From Oculatellaceae cyanobacterium bins.114 (GTDB lineage Bacteria; Cyanobacteriota; Cyanobacteriia; Elainellales; Elainellaceae): DNA of 25,218 bases. Shown one piece after another: positions 1 to 7,439 of this stretch. The stretch spans positions 1-25,218 of the forward strand of contig JANRJA010000068.1 in assembly GCA_033764315.1 (NCBI GenBank), in the 5' to 3' direction. The position numbers were made by a program, and so were the translations under genes. Below the pieces are notes generated by a model. That model made no database searches, was not told the DNA's origin, and worked only from the letters and a program-made list of their open reading frames with translations. Position 1 is the stretch's first letter. Each line of letters starts with the position of its first letter.

Positions 1-77
1 CGCTTCACACTCTCTGGCGTTGCTGCCCAGTCCTCTGGGCTGATGTCTGCAATCGTAAGGGGCTGTTTCTCTGCCAT
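1..77 (-). CDS. IS66-family transposase, N-terminal 25 aa (partial)
   Basis: ATG at 77, open to the window edge; ISPEDWAATPESVK motif. Confidence 0.65.
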   Translation of the reverse strand, partial: MAEKQPLTIADISPEDWAATPESVK

Positions 78-141
78 CCTGTTAGCCTAGCAGCACTTCC
101 CATTTTCCTCAATTCCTTGCTTCAACCCCCTGAACGATTAC
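1..141 (-). mobile_element. Left end of an IS66-family (probably ISBst12-like) insertion sequence, continuing off the window
   Basis: Minus strand begins GTAATCGTTCAG at 141 (IS66 ends start with GTAA). An ORF from 77 reads MAEKQPLTIADISPEDWAATPESVK, resembling cyanobacterial IS66 transposase N-termini. GC rises abruptly relative to the ankyrin gene. Confidence 0.7.
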
Positions 142-1163
142 AATAAATCTCTCATTTCTGGAGACTCTGCATAGAATAATGGTGTCCACCCAAAAACACC
201 ATACCTGGAATTAGCATTTGCACCATTTCTAATTAATAATTCAACAATTTCTATATGATTATTAAGAGTCGCTCGATGTATTGGTGGTAATTCTGATTTA
301 CCTCCATCATTAACGTTTGCTTTGTGAGCAATAAGGAATTCAGAAACATGATAATGCCCGCTTTCTGCCGCTATACATAATGGAGTTCCTCCATTACTAT
401 CTGCATTTACATCAGCACCCTTCTCTATCAAAAGCTCTACCAAAGCAACATGACCTCTACGTACAGCATAATGCAAAGAAGTCTGAAAATCTTTGGCTTT
501 AGCATTAATTCTCGCTCCTGATTGAATTAATAAATCTGCTATATCTTTGTGTCCAGCAGTGGCAGTAGCCATCAGTGGAGTCATTTCAGGAGACTGAGTT
601 TTGGCGTTAACATCAGCTCCTGCATCAATCAACAATTGAGCAATATTAGGATAGTCTCCCAGCATGGAAAGCAGATGTAACAAAGACATCTCTGCTCGCT
701 CTAAATAAAAACTCCCACCTTGATGTAGATATTCTTCAAAGTAATCCTGCTTTCCCAATAATGCAGCAGCAGAAAGCTCCATTAATGCACCATGAGCGAG
801 GAGGAACTGGGTCATTCTAATTGAGCCTCTCATCGCTGCCATGTTTAAAGGTGATTCACCATATTTATCCTTTTGATGAACATCTGCTCCTGCTTCGACA
901 AGAAGTATTGCAATATCTTCATGCCCTTTTAGAATTGCCCAATGCAGAGGTGTTTTTCCATGCATATCCAGTTGATTCAGGTCAACTTTTTCCTTTAAAT
1001 ATGCTCTAACTTGCTCAATGTTTCCCTCTGATGCAGCTACCCATAGACTTGGAGGAACATAAGCAACTAGTAAGGATAATTTAGTTGTAATCGTTTTGAC
1101 AATTGAGTTGGCAATCGGAATGATAATCAGAATTCCTATGGCTATCCAGAATTCAGTTTTCAT
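138..1163 (-). CDS. Ankyrin repeat protein with N-terminal hydrophobic anchor, probably 3'-truncated by the IS
   Basis: Multiple ankyrin motifs (GKTPLHWA, GESPLNMA, MTPLMATA, GGTPLCIA, GWTPLFYA; L..GADVNA). The stop TAA is part of the putative IS end. Confidence 0.9.
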   Translation of the reverse strand: MKTEFWIAIGILIIIPIANSIVKTITTKLSLLVAYVPPSLWVAASEGNIEQVRAYLKEKVDLNQLDMHGKTPLHWAILKGHEDIAILLVEAGADVHQKDKYGESPLNMAAMRGSIRMTQFLLAHGALMELSAAALLGKQDYFEEYLHQGGSFYLERAEMSLLHLLSMLGDYPNIAQLLIDAGADVNAKTQSPEMTPLMATATAGHKDIADLLIQSGARINAKAKDFQTSLHYAVRRGHVALVELLIEKGADVNADSNGGTPLCIAAESGHYHVSEFLIAHKANVNDGGKSELPPIHRATLNNHIEIVELLIRNGANANSRYGVFGWTPLFYAESPEMRDLL

Positions 1164-1279
1164 AATAAAGGTTTAGGTGGCTAAATCCTGTTATGAATCT
1201 AACGTAGCTCCAGAAAATGGCGATCGCAGCTTTATTGAAGAATTCAAGAAGTTGAGAATCTGAGGAATGCTATTTTGCT

Positions 1280-2143
1280 CTAGTCTAATCGCTTCAAGGT
1301 TAAGTGATAGCTCAACTCCGATCGCACATTGCCCCTCACTGCTCCAGTGACCGGAGCGGCATAGCTTGGAATCGCACTCGCCGCCACCGCAATATGGCGA
1401 TCGCCCACAGCTAACCCATGTGTCGGGTCATAGCCTCGCCACCCCGCCCCCGGCAAATAGACCTCTGCCCAGGCATGTAAGTGAAACTCAGCGGTGTCGG
1501 GGTCGCCTTCTTGATAGCCGCTAACAAATCGTGCTGCCAGCCCAATCGCCCGACACACTTCCATAAACAGCACCGTCACATCTCGGCATGACCCCACTTT
1601 TTGGCTCCAGGTGATGCCCGGTGACAACGGCTCTCCGGTTTCGCGGATGGTGTATTCGCAGGTTTGATAGATGCGTTGATTGAGTTCTGCCAAAAACGAG
1701 ATGACGTTCCCTGCGGTTTGGTAGTGAATCTCTTGAGCGAGTTGTAGGGCGATCGGGTCGATCGCTTGACCCAATGCCAACTGTCCCGCCAGGTAAGGGT
1801 GTAATTGCTGCGCTAACGAGGTGGGGTAATCAAATGGCAACTGAATTGCCCAGGGTTCCAGCAGATACAAAAAAGGATTGTCGCGATGCGTCTCGACTTC
1901 AGAGGTAATGGCGATCGCCAAGTGAGTCGTTTCAATCTCTGGGGCAAACCACAGCTTCAGCGTAGAGTTGCCATCGAGATCGACATTTTCCGCCACTTGC
2001 AGGGGTGTGGGTTCCACTTGCAAGGTGAAGTGATTGAGAGATTGGGTGACATCTGACCGGGGGCGCAACCGCACCGCATGGGGCAACAAACTGACGGGGC
2101 GATCGTAGGTATAGGTGGTGGTATGGGCAATGTGGTATCTCAA
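1280..2143 (-). CDS. Transglutaminase-like family protein (Bact_transglu_N + transglutaminase core)
   Basis: N-terminal RYHIAHTTTYTY...LRPR; catalytic C (GSCRD), H (HAW) and D (GYDPT). Likely start is TTG at 2143, not 2203, which would overlap the upstream gene. Confidence 0.92.
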   Translation of the reverse strand: MRYHIAHTTTYTYDRPVSLLPHAVRLRPRSDVTQSLNHFTLQVEPTPLQVAENVDLDGNSTLKLWFAPEIETTHLAIAITSEVETHRDNPFLYLLEPWAIQLPFDYPTSLAQQLHPYLAGQLALGQAIDPIALQLAQEIHYQTAGNVISFLAELNQRIYQTCEYTIRETGEPLSPGITWSQKVGSCRDVTVLFMEVCRAIGLAARFVSGYQEGDPDTAEFHLHAWAEVYLPGAGWRGYDPTHGLAVGDRHIAVAASAIPSYAAPVTGAVRGNVRSELSYHLTLKRLD

Positions 2144-2157
2144 ACGTGGTATCTCAA
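2132..2157. repeat. 12-bp direct repeat GTGGTATCTCAA x2 (14-bp period) at the alpha-E/transglutaminase junction
   Basis: Copies at 2132-2143 and 2146-2157. Confidence 0.85.
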
Positions 2158-3110
2158 GCCGAGTGCAGGGGTTGTAAAGTAAAAAATGTCTCAAAGATGT
2201 CATTGCCGACTGTATTGATGCGGCTTTGTAAGTCGTCTAAAAATTCGTGTAGTCCGCGCTCGGTGATCTCTTCGATCGTCAGATAATCTAACTCAGAGCG
2301 CAACCGTCCTAAGGTGCGTTCTGGGGGAGTGCGCCAACTGCCAGGGGTGTTGCCTGTAATGCAATGGAGCGATCGCTCTGCCTCAATCAAACAACACTGA
2401 ATCGATCGCGGAAACTCTCGGTCTAAAACCAGAAATTCTGCCACGCTATAGGGGGCAATCCGGTGTTGCCGTTTGCGATACATCTCATAGCCACTGGTCG
2501 ATCGCAACAGGGCAATCCACTGCAACTCATCCAGCGCACCGCCCACATCTTTAACCGAGGGCAACAGGATAAAATACTTCACATCTAAAATACGGGCAGT
2601 CTTATCGGCGCGTTCTAACATCCTGCCAATTTGCCCAAAATGCCACCCCTCATTGTGCGACATTGTGGCATCCATCACCCCAGCAAACAGGTGACTCGCC
2701 AGCTTGACTTCTGTAAAGAAGCCTGACAACTCCGACAGGCTATGCTTTTCGTGAGCATCTTGCACCATAAAATAAAAAGCATTAACCTGCTCCCACATTT
2801 CAGATGAGATCACTTCACGCACAGTCCGAGCATTCTCTCGGGCTGCCTGCACACAGGAAATGATGGAGTTGGGATAGCTGTGATCAAAGGTGAGAAAATG
2901 AATCACGTTTTCAGCGGTTAGCTGACCATATCGCTCTTGAAACAGGGGCAAATCTCCTGTGGTCAAAAGCAACGGTTCCCACTGTTCTCCTAACCCAGAG
3001 GGCGAATCGAGTAGCAAGTTGAGATTGACATCGACGAACCGCGCCACATTCTCAGCTCGTTCTACATAACGAGTTAACCAGTAAATTGAATCTGCAACAC
3101 GACTTAGCAT
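2154..3110 (-). CDS. Alpha-E domain protein (DUF403)
   Basis: MLSRVADSIYWLTRYVERAENVAR and second ER motif (LERADKTARILDVK); SD-like AGAAGG upstream. Confidence 0.93.
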   Translation of the reverse strand: MLSRVADSIYWLTRYVERAENVARFVDVNLNLLLDSPSGLGEQWEPLLLTTGDLPLFQERYGQLTAENVIHFLTFDHSYPNSIISCVQAARENARTVREVISSEMWEQVNAFYFMVQDAHEKHSLSELSGFFTEVKLASHLFAGVMDATMSHNEGWHFGQIGRMLERADKTARILDVKYFILLPSVKDVGGALDELQWIALLRSTSGYEMYRKRQHRIAPYSVAEFLVLDREFPRSIQCCLIEAERSLHCITGNTPGSWRTPPERTLGRLRSELDYLTIEEITERGLHEFLDDLQSRINTVGNDIFETFFTLQPLHSA

Positions 3111-3134
3111 TTACCTTCTACCTTTTTTCTCATA

Positions 3135-3164
3135 GTGTCTTGCACTGTGCTAACGACACCCTAC
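3135..3164 (-). repeat. GTAG-type REP-like dispersed palindromic repeat
   Basis: Minus strand GTAGGGTGTCGTTAGCACAGTGCAAGACAC; related copy at about 7700-7731. Confidence 0.55.
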
Positions 3165-3167
3165 ATC

Positions 3168-3338
3168 ATCGATTTTTTCTTGCAGACGTGATCAATCGCA
3201 CCTCTTTGCTCTTATCGATTTTTTCTTGCAGACGTGATCAATCGCGCCTCTTCGATATTTTTATCCTTCAGTCTTTAATCCCATCGATTTTTTCTTGTAG
3301 ACGCGATAAATCGCGCCTCTTCGACATTTTTATCCTTC
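3168..3338. repeat. Three copies of a 39-bp REP-like palindromic repeat
   Basis: ATCGATTTTTTCTTG(C/T)AGACG(T/C)GAT(C/A)AATCGC(A/G)CCTCTT at 3168, 3214 and 3283; copies 2 and 3 share a further ~17 bp. Confidence 0.85.
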
Positions 3339-3405
3339 CTCCTTCATCGTTTATCCTTCTTCCCTCTTCCCTCTTCCCTCTTCTCTCTTCTTTTTTTCTT
3401 TTTCC
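3330..3405. repeat. Pyrimidine-rich heptamer tandem repeats (STRR-like; TCCTTCA / TTCCCTC)
   Basis: Degenerate 7-mer array directly downstream of the ATP-grasp stop codon. Confidence 0.7.
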
Positions 3406-3406
3406 C

Positions 3407-4837
3407 TTACCCCACAACCCACGTATCTTTGCCACCACCGCCCTGGGAGGAGTTGACCACGAGGGAACCACGCCGCAGTGCCACTCGTGTAAAGCCACCG
3501 GGGTTCACATAGATATCTTTGCCATAAAGGATATAAGGGCGCAAATCTACATGACAGCCCTCAATGCCACCTTCAATGAGAGTAGGAACCCGTGACAGAC
3601 AAAGGGTGGGTTGGGCGATGTAGTTGCGGGGTTGGGCAATGATGCGCTGAGCAAACTCAGTGCGTTGGTCTGGAGTCGCATGAGGCCCCACCAACATGCC
3701 ATAGCCACCTGACTCATTAGCCGCTTTGACGACTAATTTGTCTAGATTTGCCAAGACATACTCCTGTTGCTTGTCTTCCCAACACAAATGGGTCGGCACG
3801 TTGGGAATGATGGCATCTTCGCCAAGATAATAGCGAATAATTTGGGGAACGTAGGCATAGATAACTTTGTCATCTGCCACCCCAGTGCCCAAGGCATTGG
3901 CGAGGGCAACTCGTCCAGACCGATAGATCTCCATCAACCCTGGAATGCCGAGCAACGAGTCGGGGCGAAATGTCAGCGGATCAATAAATTCATCGTCGAT
4001 CCGCCGATAGAGCACATCGACCCGCTTTAAGCCTTTGGTGGTTTTCATTTGCAGATAACCATCCGACACCACCAGGTCACGCCCTTCGACTAGTTCTACC
4101 CCCATTTGTTGTGCCAAAAAGGAGTGTTCAAAATAGGCAGAGTTGTAGATGCCGGGGGTCAAGACTGCCACGGTAGGGTCGGGCAGGCTAGATGGGGCCA
4201 GATTGAGCAGAGCTTCTAACAGTTGACTGGCGTAATCATCGACGGGCAAGATGTTCATCTGGTTAAACACCAGCGGGAATGTGGTCTTCATCACGCGCCG
4301 ATTTTCTAACACATAGGAGATGCCCGATGGACAGCGGAGGTTGTCTTCGAGGACATACCATTGACCGTCGCGATCGCGCACTAAGTCAGTTCCCGTGATG
4401 TGGCACCAAATATTTTGCGGCGGTTTCAACCCCATACAGGGCTTTAAAAAGCCACTAGCAGAATAAATGAGTTCCTCAGGAATCACCTTGTCTTTGAGGA
4501 TCTTCTGCTCTCCATAGATATCGCCCAAAAACAAATTCAGAGCGTGGATGCGCTGTTTTAAGCCTCGTTCTAACCAAGCCCAGTCATTGGCAGAAACAAT
4601 CCGCGGAATAATATCAAAGGGTAAAATGCGCTCGGTGCCTTGATTGTTGCTATAGACATTAAACGTCGCCCCCCAACGAAACAGGGCTGTTTGAGCAGAC
4701 TGATGTCGATGTTGCAACGCTTCCACCGAGAGGGAATTGATGCGTTCAACCAACAGTGTGGCTTCGGGTCGAGGTTGCCCTTTTGCCACAAACAATTCGT
4801 CGTAAAAATCTCCTGGGTCGTAATTCTGGAGTAGCAC
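3407..4837 (-). CDS. Circularly permuted type 2 ATP-grasp protein (putative peptide/amide ligase)
   Basis: Motifs ERILPFDIIPR, VLEDNLRCPSGISY, YNSAYFEHSFLA, ADDKVIYAYVP, VVNSSQGGGGKDTWV. GTG at 4837 is preferred because the 4960 extension would run through the promoter and the upstream gene. Confidence 0.93.
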   Translation of the reverse strand: MLLQNYDPGDFYDELFVAKGQPRPEATLLVERINSLSVEALQHRHQSAQTALFRWGATFNVYSNNQGTERILPFDIIPRIVSANDWAWLERGLKQRIHALNLFLGDIYGEQKILKDKVIPEELIYSASGFLKPCMGLKPPQNIWCHITGTDLVRDRDGQWYVLEDNLRCPSGISYVLENRRVMKTTFPLVFNQMNILPVDDYASQLLEALLNLAPSSLPDPTVAVLTPGIYNSAYFEHSFLAQQMGVELVEGRDLVVSDGYLQMKTTKGLKRVDVLYRRIDDEFIDPLTFRPDSLLGIPGLMEIYRSGRVALANALGTGVADDKVIYAYVPQIIRYYLGEDAIIPNVPTHLCWEDKQQEYVLANLDKLVVKAANESGGYGMLVGPHATPDQRTEFAQRIIAQPRNYIAQPTLCLSRVPTLIEGGIEGCHVDLRPYILYGKDIYVNPGGFTRVALRRGSLVVNSSQGGGGKDTWVVG

Positions 4838-4866
4838 TGTTAATCTCTGACAGGATCGAATACTTG

Positions 4867-4909
4867 AAAGTATGACGCTGACAAAAGTGCTGACTGTAGC
4901 TTTTGATAC
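4867..4909 (-). promoter_or_regulatory. NtcA-activated (class II) promoter of the ATP-grasp operon
   Basis: Minus strand GTATCAAAAGCTAC (GTA-N8-TAC, 4909-4896), 23 nt spacer, then TACTTT (TAN3T, 4872-4867), about 30 nt before the GTG. Confidence 0.75.
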
Positions 4910-4935
4910 TTTTTCTTTTGATGGATCATCAAGTT

Positions 4936-5382
4936 CTATTGAGCATGTTGCCTCGCACATGACAACATAATGTCACTTAAGCCAGTCGGCAACACTCCGC
5001 TCTTTTGCATCTCATTGGCCAGTGCCTTGAACTCGCCATAGGTGTAGGTCTGCTGAATCTGGGCGATCGCACACGAACACAGTTTGTCGGCAACAGCAAC
5101 ATCTGTAGAGGTTTTGGCACTGTCAACACAGCCCGACATAAACCCTTTAATCTCTTGCTCAGGGTAAACATGACTCGCATCTTGCTGGGTGTTTAAACCA
5201 CTCCCCACCAGACCCAGTAAAAACAAAACCAAACTGGCAGCGATTACCCACTTATTTAACACCGCTTGGCGAAAGGGAATGCGACGCCCTTTGATGAAAT
5301 AGTAAATGGTTCCAATAATCAACATGTACAGCACTGGAGCTAACAATTTTCCAGTGATATAACCAATTTGGTAAGCCGTCAT
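4936..5382 (-). CDS. Hypothetical membrane protein (2 TM helices plus a 4-Cys C-terminal domain)
   Basis: Two hydrophobic stretches followed by FMSGC...CSC...LSC. Confidence 0.75.
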   Translation of the reverse strand: MTAYQIGYITGKLLAPVLYMLIIGTIYYFIKGRRIPFRQAVLNKWVIAASLVLFLLGLVGSGLNTQQDASHVYPEQEIKGFMSGCVDSAKTSTDVAVADKLCSCAIAQIQQTYTYGEFKALANEMQKSGVLPTGLSDIMLSCARQHAQ

Positions 5383-5477
5383 GGGCAGTCATTCCTGAGT
5401 TACAACAGGTGAATTTTCGACTCCACCTTACTCCATCTGTGGCGATTGCTTCTGACACATCGCTTTTTACACCAGCA

Positions 5478-5825
5478 TTACAAATAAATTCTGCCAGAGG
5501 TTTTACTCACCTTTCCATCAAAATAGCTGCCCCCGCAATAGTACCAGGGCATGTTTTCTAGCCATTTTTTGGCATCTTCTCGCCGCAGTTTCGTGTATTC
5601 ATGCGGTGGCAGCGGGGCTAAATACCAGCGACCTGACCTGGTGAAGGCTTCGTTTTCATAGAAATATCTCAACCAGAGTTGCCCACAACGGCTACAAATC
5701 TGCACTGACACTTCGGCAAACTGATCATCCACATAAGCGTCTCCCACTTGCAATAGCGCACTGAAATTCCCAGCGAGACATTCACAGGGAGTTTCATCGG
5801 GTTGATCGAGCAGATCACGACTCAT
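5478..5825 (-). CDS. Hypothetical protein (CxC and CxxC motifs, aromatic-rich)
   Basis: 115-aa ORF with ATG start and protein-like composition. Confidence 0.7.
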   Translation of the reverse strand: MSRDLLDQPDETPCECLAGNFSALLQVGDAYVDDQFAEVSVQICSRCGQLWLRYFYENEAFTRSGRWYLAPLPPHEYTKLRREDAKKWLENMPWYYCGGSYFDGKVSKTSGRIYL

Positions 5826-5857
5826 AATTCAAATGCTCTCATTCCTTAAATTTCTAG

Positions 5858-5986
5858 TCGCATGGCTATATCCTGACACCAGGACGGTCTATAGGTGCAG
5901 AGGACTTGGAGGAGGATGAGCCGTTTGCCGAAAGTGCCAAACTAGAAGCAGCGATTCGGGAAAATATCAGGAGGTTGGGGCTATGA
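5858..5986 (+). pseudogene. hsdM: Remnant of type I R-M methyltransferase (HsdM) C-terminus, copy 1
   Basis: Translates [42 protein letters not shown], matching the HsdM tail pattern (Y.LTPGRY.G...EPF...FAES..LE..IR.NL..LG) with an internal deletion. Confidence 0.75.
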
Positions 5987-6207
5987 GTCCTTTACTACAA
6001 CAGGTGTTACAGGAAATTGAGCAGCTTACACCAGCGGAACAGTTGGAGGTTATCAGCTATGCAACTGAGCAATTAAAGCAGCGAGCCTTAACCCAGACAA
6101 ACCCAAAACGAAGCTGGAGAGAGCTACGGGGTATTGCGCCCAACGTGCTGGATGGACAGGATGCTCAGGAATGGGTTAATCAATTACGCAGCGAATGGGG
6201 CGAATAA
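5983..6207 (+). CDS. Putative type II antitoxin (VapB-like), copy 1, probably shortened by a premature stop
   Basis: Paralog of 6592-6849 (MSPLLQ...QLT..EQLE.I...W..L.G.AP...G.DAQEWV). The frame continues past TAA to a TGA at 6232-6234 that overlaps the toxin ATG. Confidence 0.75.
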   Translation: MSPLLQQVLQEIEQLTPAEQLEVISYATEQLKQRALTQTNPKRSWRELRGIAPNVLDGQDAQEWVNQLRSEWGE

Positions 6208-6230
6208 GAAAAACGAATCTTTGAAGGATT

Positions 6231-6493
6231 ATGAGGCTTGAAACTGCTTTTTATCAGGTCAATCGATTGTTTCTAGATGCTGCCCCAGTGATCTATTACA
6301 TTGATGCAAACCCTGCCTATTTTGCCCTAGGACTGCTGCCGACTTTCGCGCCAGGTATAGTTTGAAATTACCTGATGCTTTACAAATTGCAACTGCGATC
6401 GCTTCTAGCTGTGAGGCATTTTTAACCAATGATGCTCAACTCAAGCGTGTCACTGAGTTGAAGGTGCTGGTCATCAGTGAGTTGGAGGCTTGA
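6231..6493 (+). pseudogene. vapC: PIN-domain (VapC-like) toxin pseudogene with internal deletion and frameshift
   Basis: MRLETAFYQVNRLFLDAAPVIYYIDANPAYF in one frame, then RTAADFRARYSLKLPDALQIATA...ELEA* in another; 263 bp versus 441 bp for copy 2. Confidence 0.85.
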
Positions 6494-6595
6494 AGAGAAG
6501 ATGCAGCGATGACGGCAACGCTAGAGGCGCAATTTGCCGAAAGTGCGAAACTAGAAGTAGCGATTCGGGAAAATCTCAAGAGGCTGGGGCTATGA
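6492..6595 (+). pseudogene. hsdM: Remnant of HsdM C-terminus, copy 2 (frameshifted)
   Basis: EEKMQR-(1-bp loss)[27 protein letters not shown]; the TGA overlaps the antitoxin ATG at 6592. Confidence 0.75.
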
Positions 6596-6849
6596 GTCCT
6601 TTACTACAACACCTATTGCAGCAGGTCGAACAACTGACCCTTGAAGAACGCTTGGAGTTGATTCAACAGGTGGCAGAAGGCTTGAAAAAACCGGGAGCGA
6701 TCGCCCATCCAAAACCCCGATGGAGCGACCTCAAAGGATTGGCTCCCTATCCGATGATGGGAGAAGATGCTCAAGAGTGGGTTTCAAGGACTCGAAGGGA
6801 AGCCGATGAGCATCGAGAACGAGTGTTGCGAGGCGAAAATGCAGATTGA
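6592..6849 (+). CDS. Putative type II antitoxin (VapB-like), copy 2
   Basis: 85 aa from ATG 6592; overlaps the start of the downstream PIN gene. Confidence 0.8.
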   Translation: MSPLLQHLLQQVEQLTLEERLELIQQVAEGLKKPGAIAHPKPRWSDLKGLAPYPMMGEDAQEWVSRTRREADEHRERVLRGENAD

Positions 6850-7279
6850 GGAAGCATTAGCAGGCGTGTCTCGGCTGTTTTTAGATACGGCTCCTGTCAT
6901 TTATTTTGTAGAGCGGAATCCAGAATTTGTCGATCGGGTTGATCTCATCTTTGAACGATTAGAGTCACAGATCACGGCAGTTGTTGGGGCTGTGACAGTC
7001 GCAGAATGCCTGGTGGGGGCATTGCGTTTGGGTTTAAAAAATTTGGAGCAAGTCTATTTGAATGTTGTAGCGCGTGACGATGTGCTGTTTGTAGAGAGCA
7101 CCCTGGCGATCGCCCACGAAGCAGCACGAGTGAGGTTTAAATACAATCTCCAGTTACCTGATGCTTTACAAATTGCAACTGCGATCGCTTCTAGCTGTGA
7201 GGCATTTTTAACCAATGATGCTCAACTCAAGCGTGTCACTGAGTTGAAGGTGTTGGTCATCAGTGAGTTGAAGGCATGA
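6839..7279 (+). CDS. vapC: PIN-domain VapC-family toxin (RNase)
   Basis: LFLDTAPVIY, VTVAE, LPDALQIATA, FLTND: the conserved acidic PIN residues are present. Start ATG at 6839. Confidence 0.9.
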   Translation: MQIEEALAGVSRLFLDTAPVIYFVERNPEFVDRVDLIFERLESQITAVVGAVTVAECLVGALRLGLKNLEQVYLNVVARDDVLFVESTLAIAHEAARVRFKYNLQLPDALQIATAIASSCEAFLTNDAQLKRVTELKVLVISELKA

Positions 7280-7286
7280 GAACCCT

Positions 7287-7439
7287 ATGAATATTCGAGA
7301 ACTCATCGAAACGCTCTCTCAATTTGACCCAGACATGCGAGTTGTCGTTGCGGGTTATGAAGGCGGCTTTAATGACATCACCCAGATTCAGCCCTGCGAG
7401 ATTCGGTTGAATGTGCACAAGTACAAAAAATCGGGATGA
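7287..7439 (+). CDS. Small hypothetical ORF (50 aa), possibly a truncated phage/MGE-type gene running into the tRNA 3' end
   Basis: MNIRELIETLSQFDPDMRVVVAGYEGGFNDITQIQPCEIRLNVHKYKKSG*; starts 8 bp after vapC; below the ORF-track cutoff. Confidence 0.5.
   Translation: MNIRELIETLSQFDPDMRVVVAGYEGGFNDITQIQPCEIRLNVHKYKKSG

Noticed and set aside
3168..3338. Possible CRISPR mini-array (three 39-bp palindromic repeats)
   Set aside because: Spacers are irregular (7 and 30 bp), the sequence after copies 2 and 3 is itself duplicated, and there are no cas genes or leader; it fits a REP-like cluster better.
3086..3595. 169-aa plus-strand ORF and 76-aa ORF at 3268-3498
   Set aside because: Both are translations of repeats or low-complexity DNA, or overlap the ATP-grasp gene.
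4838..4960. N-terminal extension of the ATP-grasp ORF
   Set aside because: It overlaps the upstream gene and covers the NtcA box and -10 element.
6490..6838. Longer starts at 6490 and 6767 for the antitoxin and toxin
   Set aside because: Comparison with copy 1 and the overlapping stop/start junctions point to 6592 and 6839.
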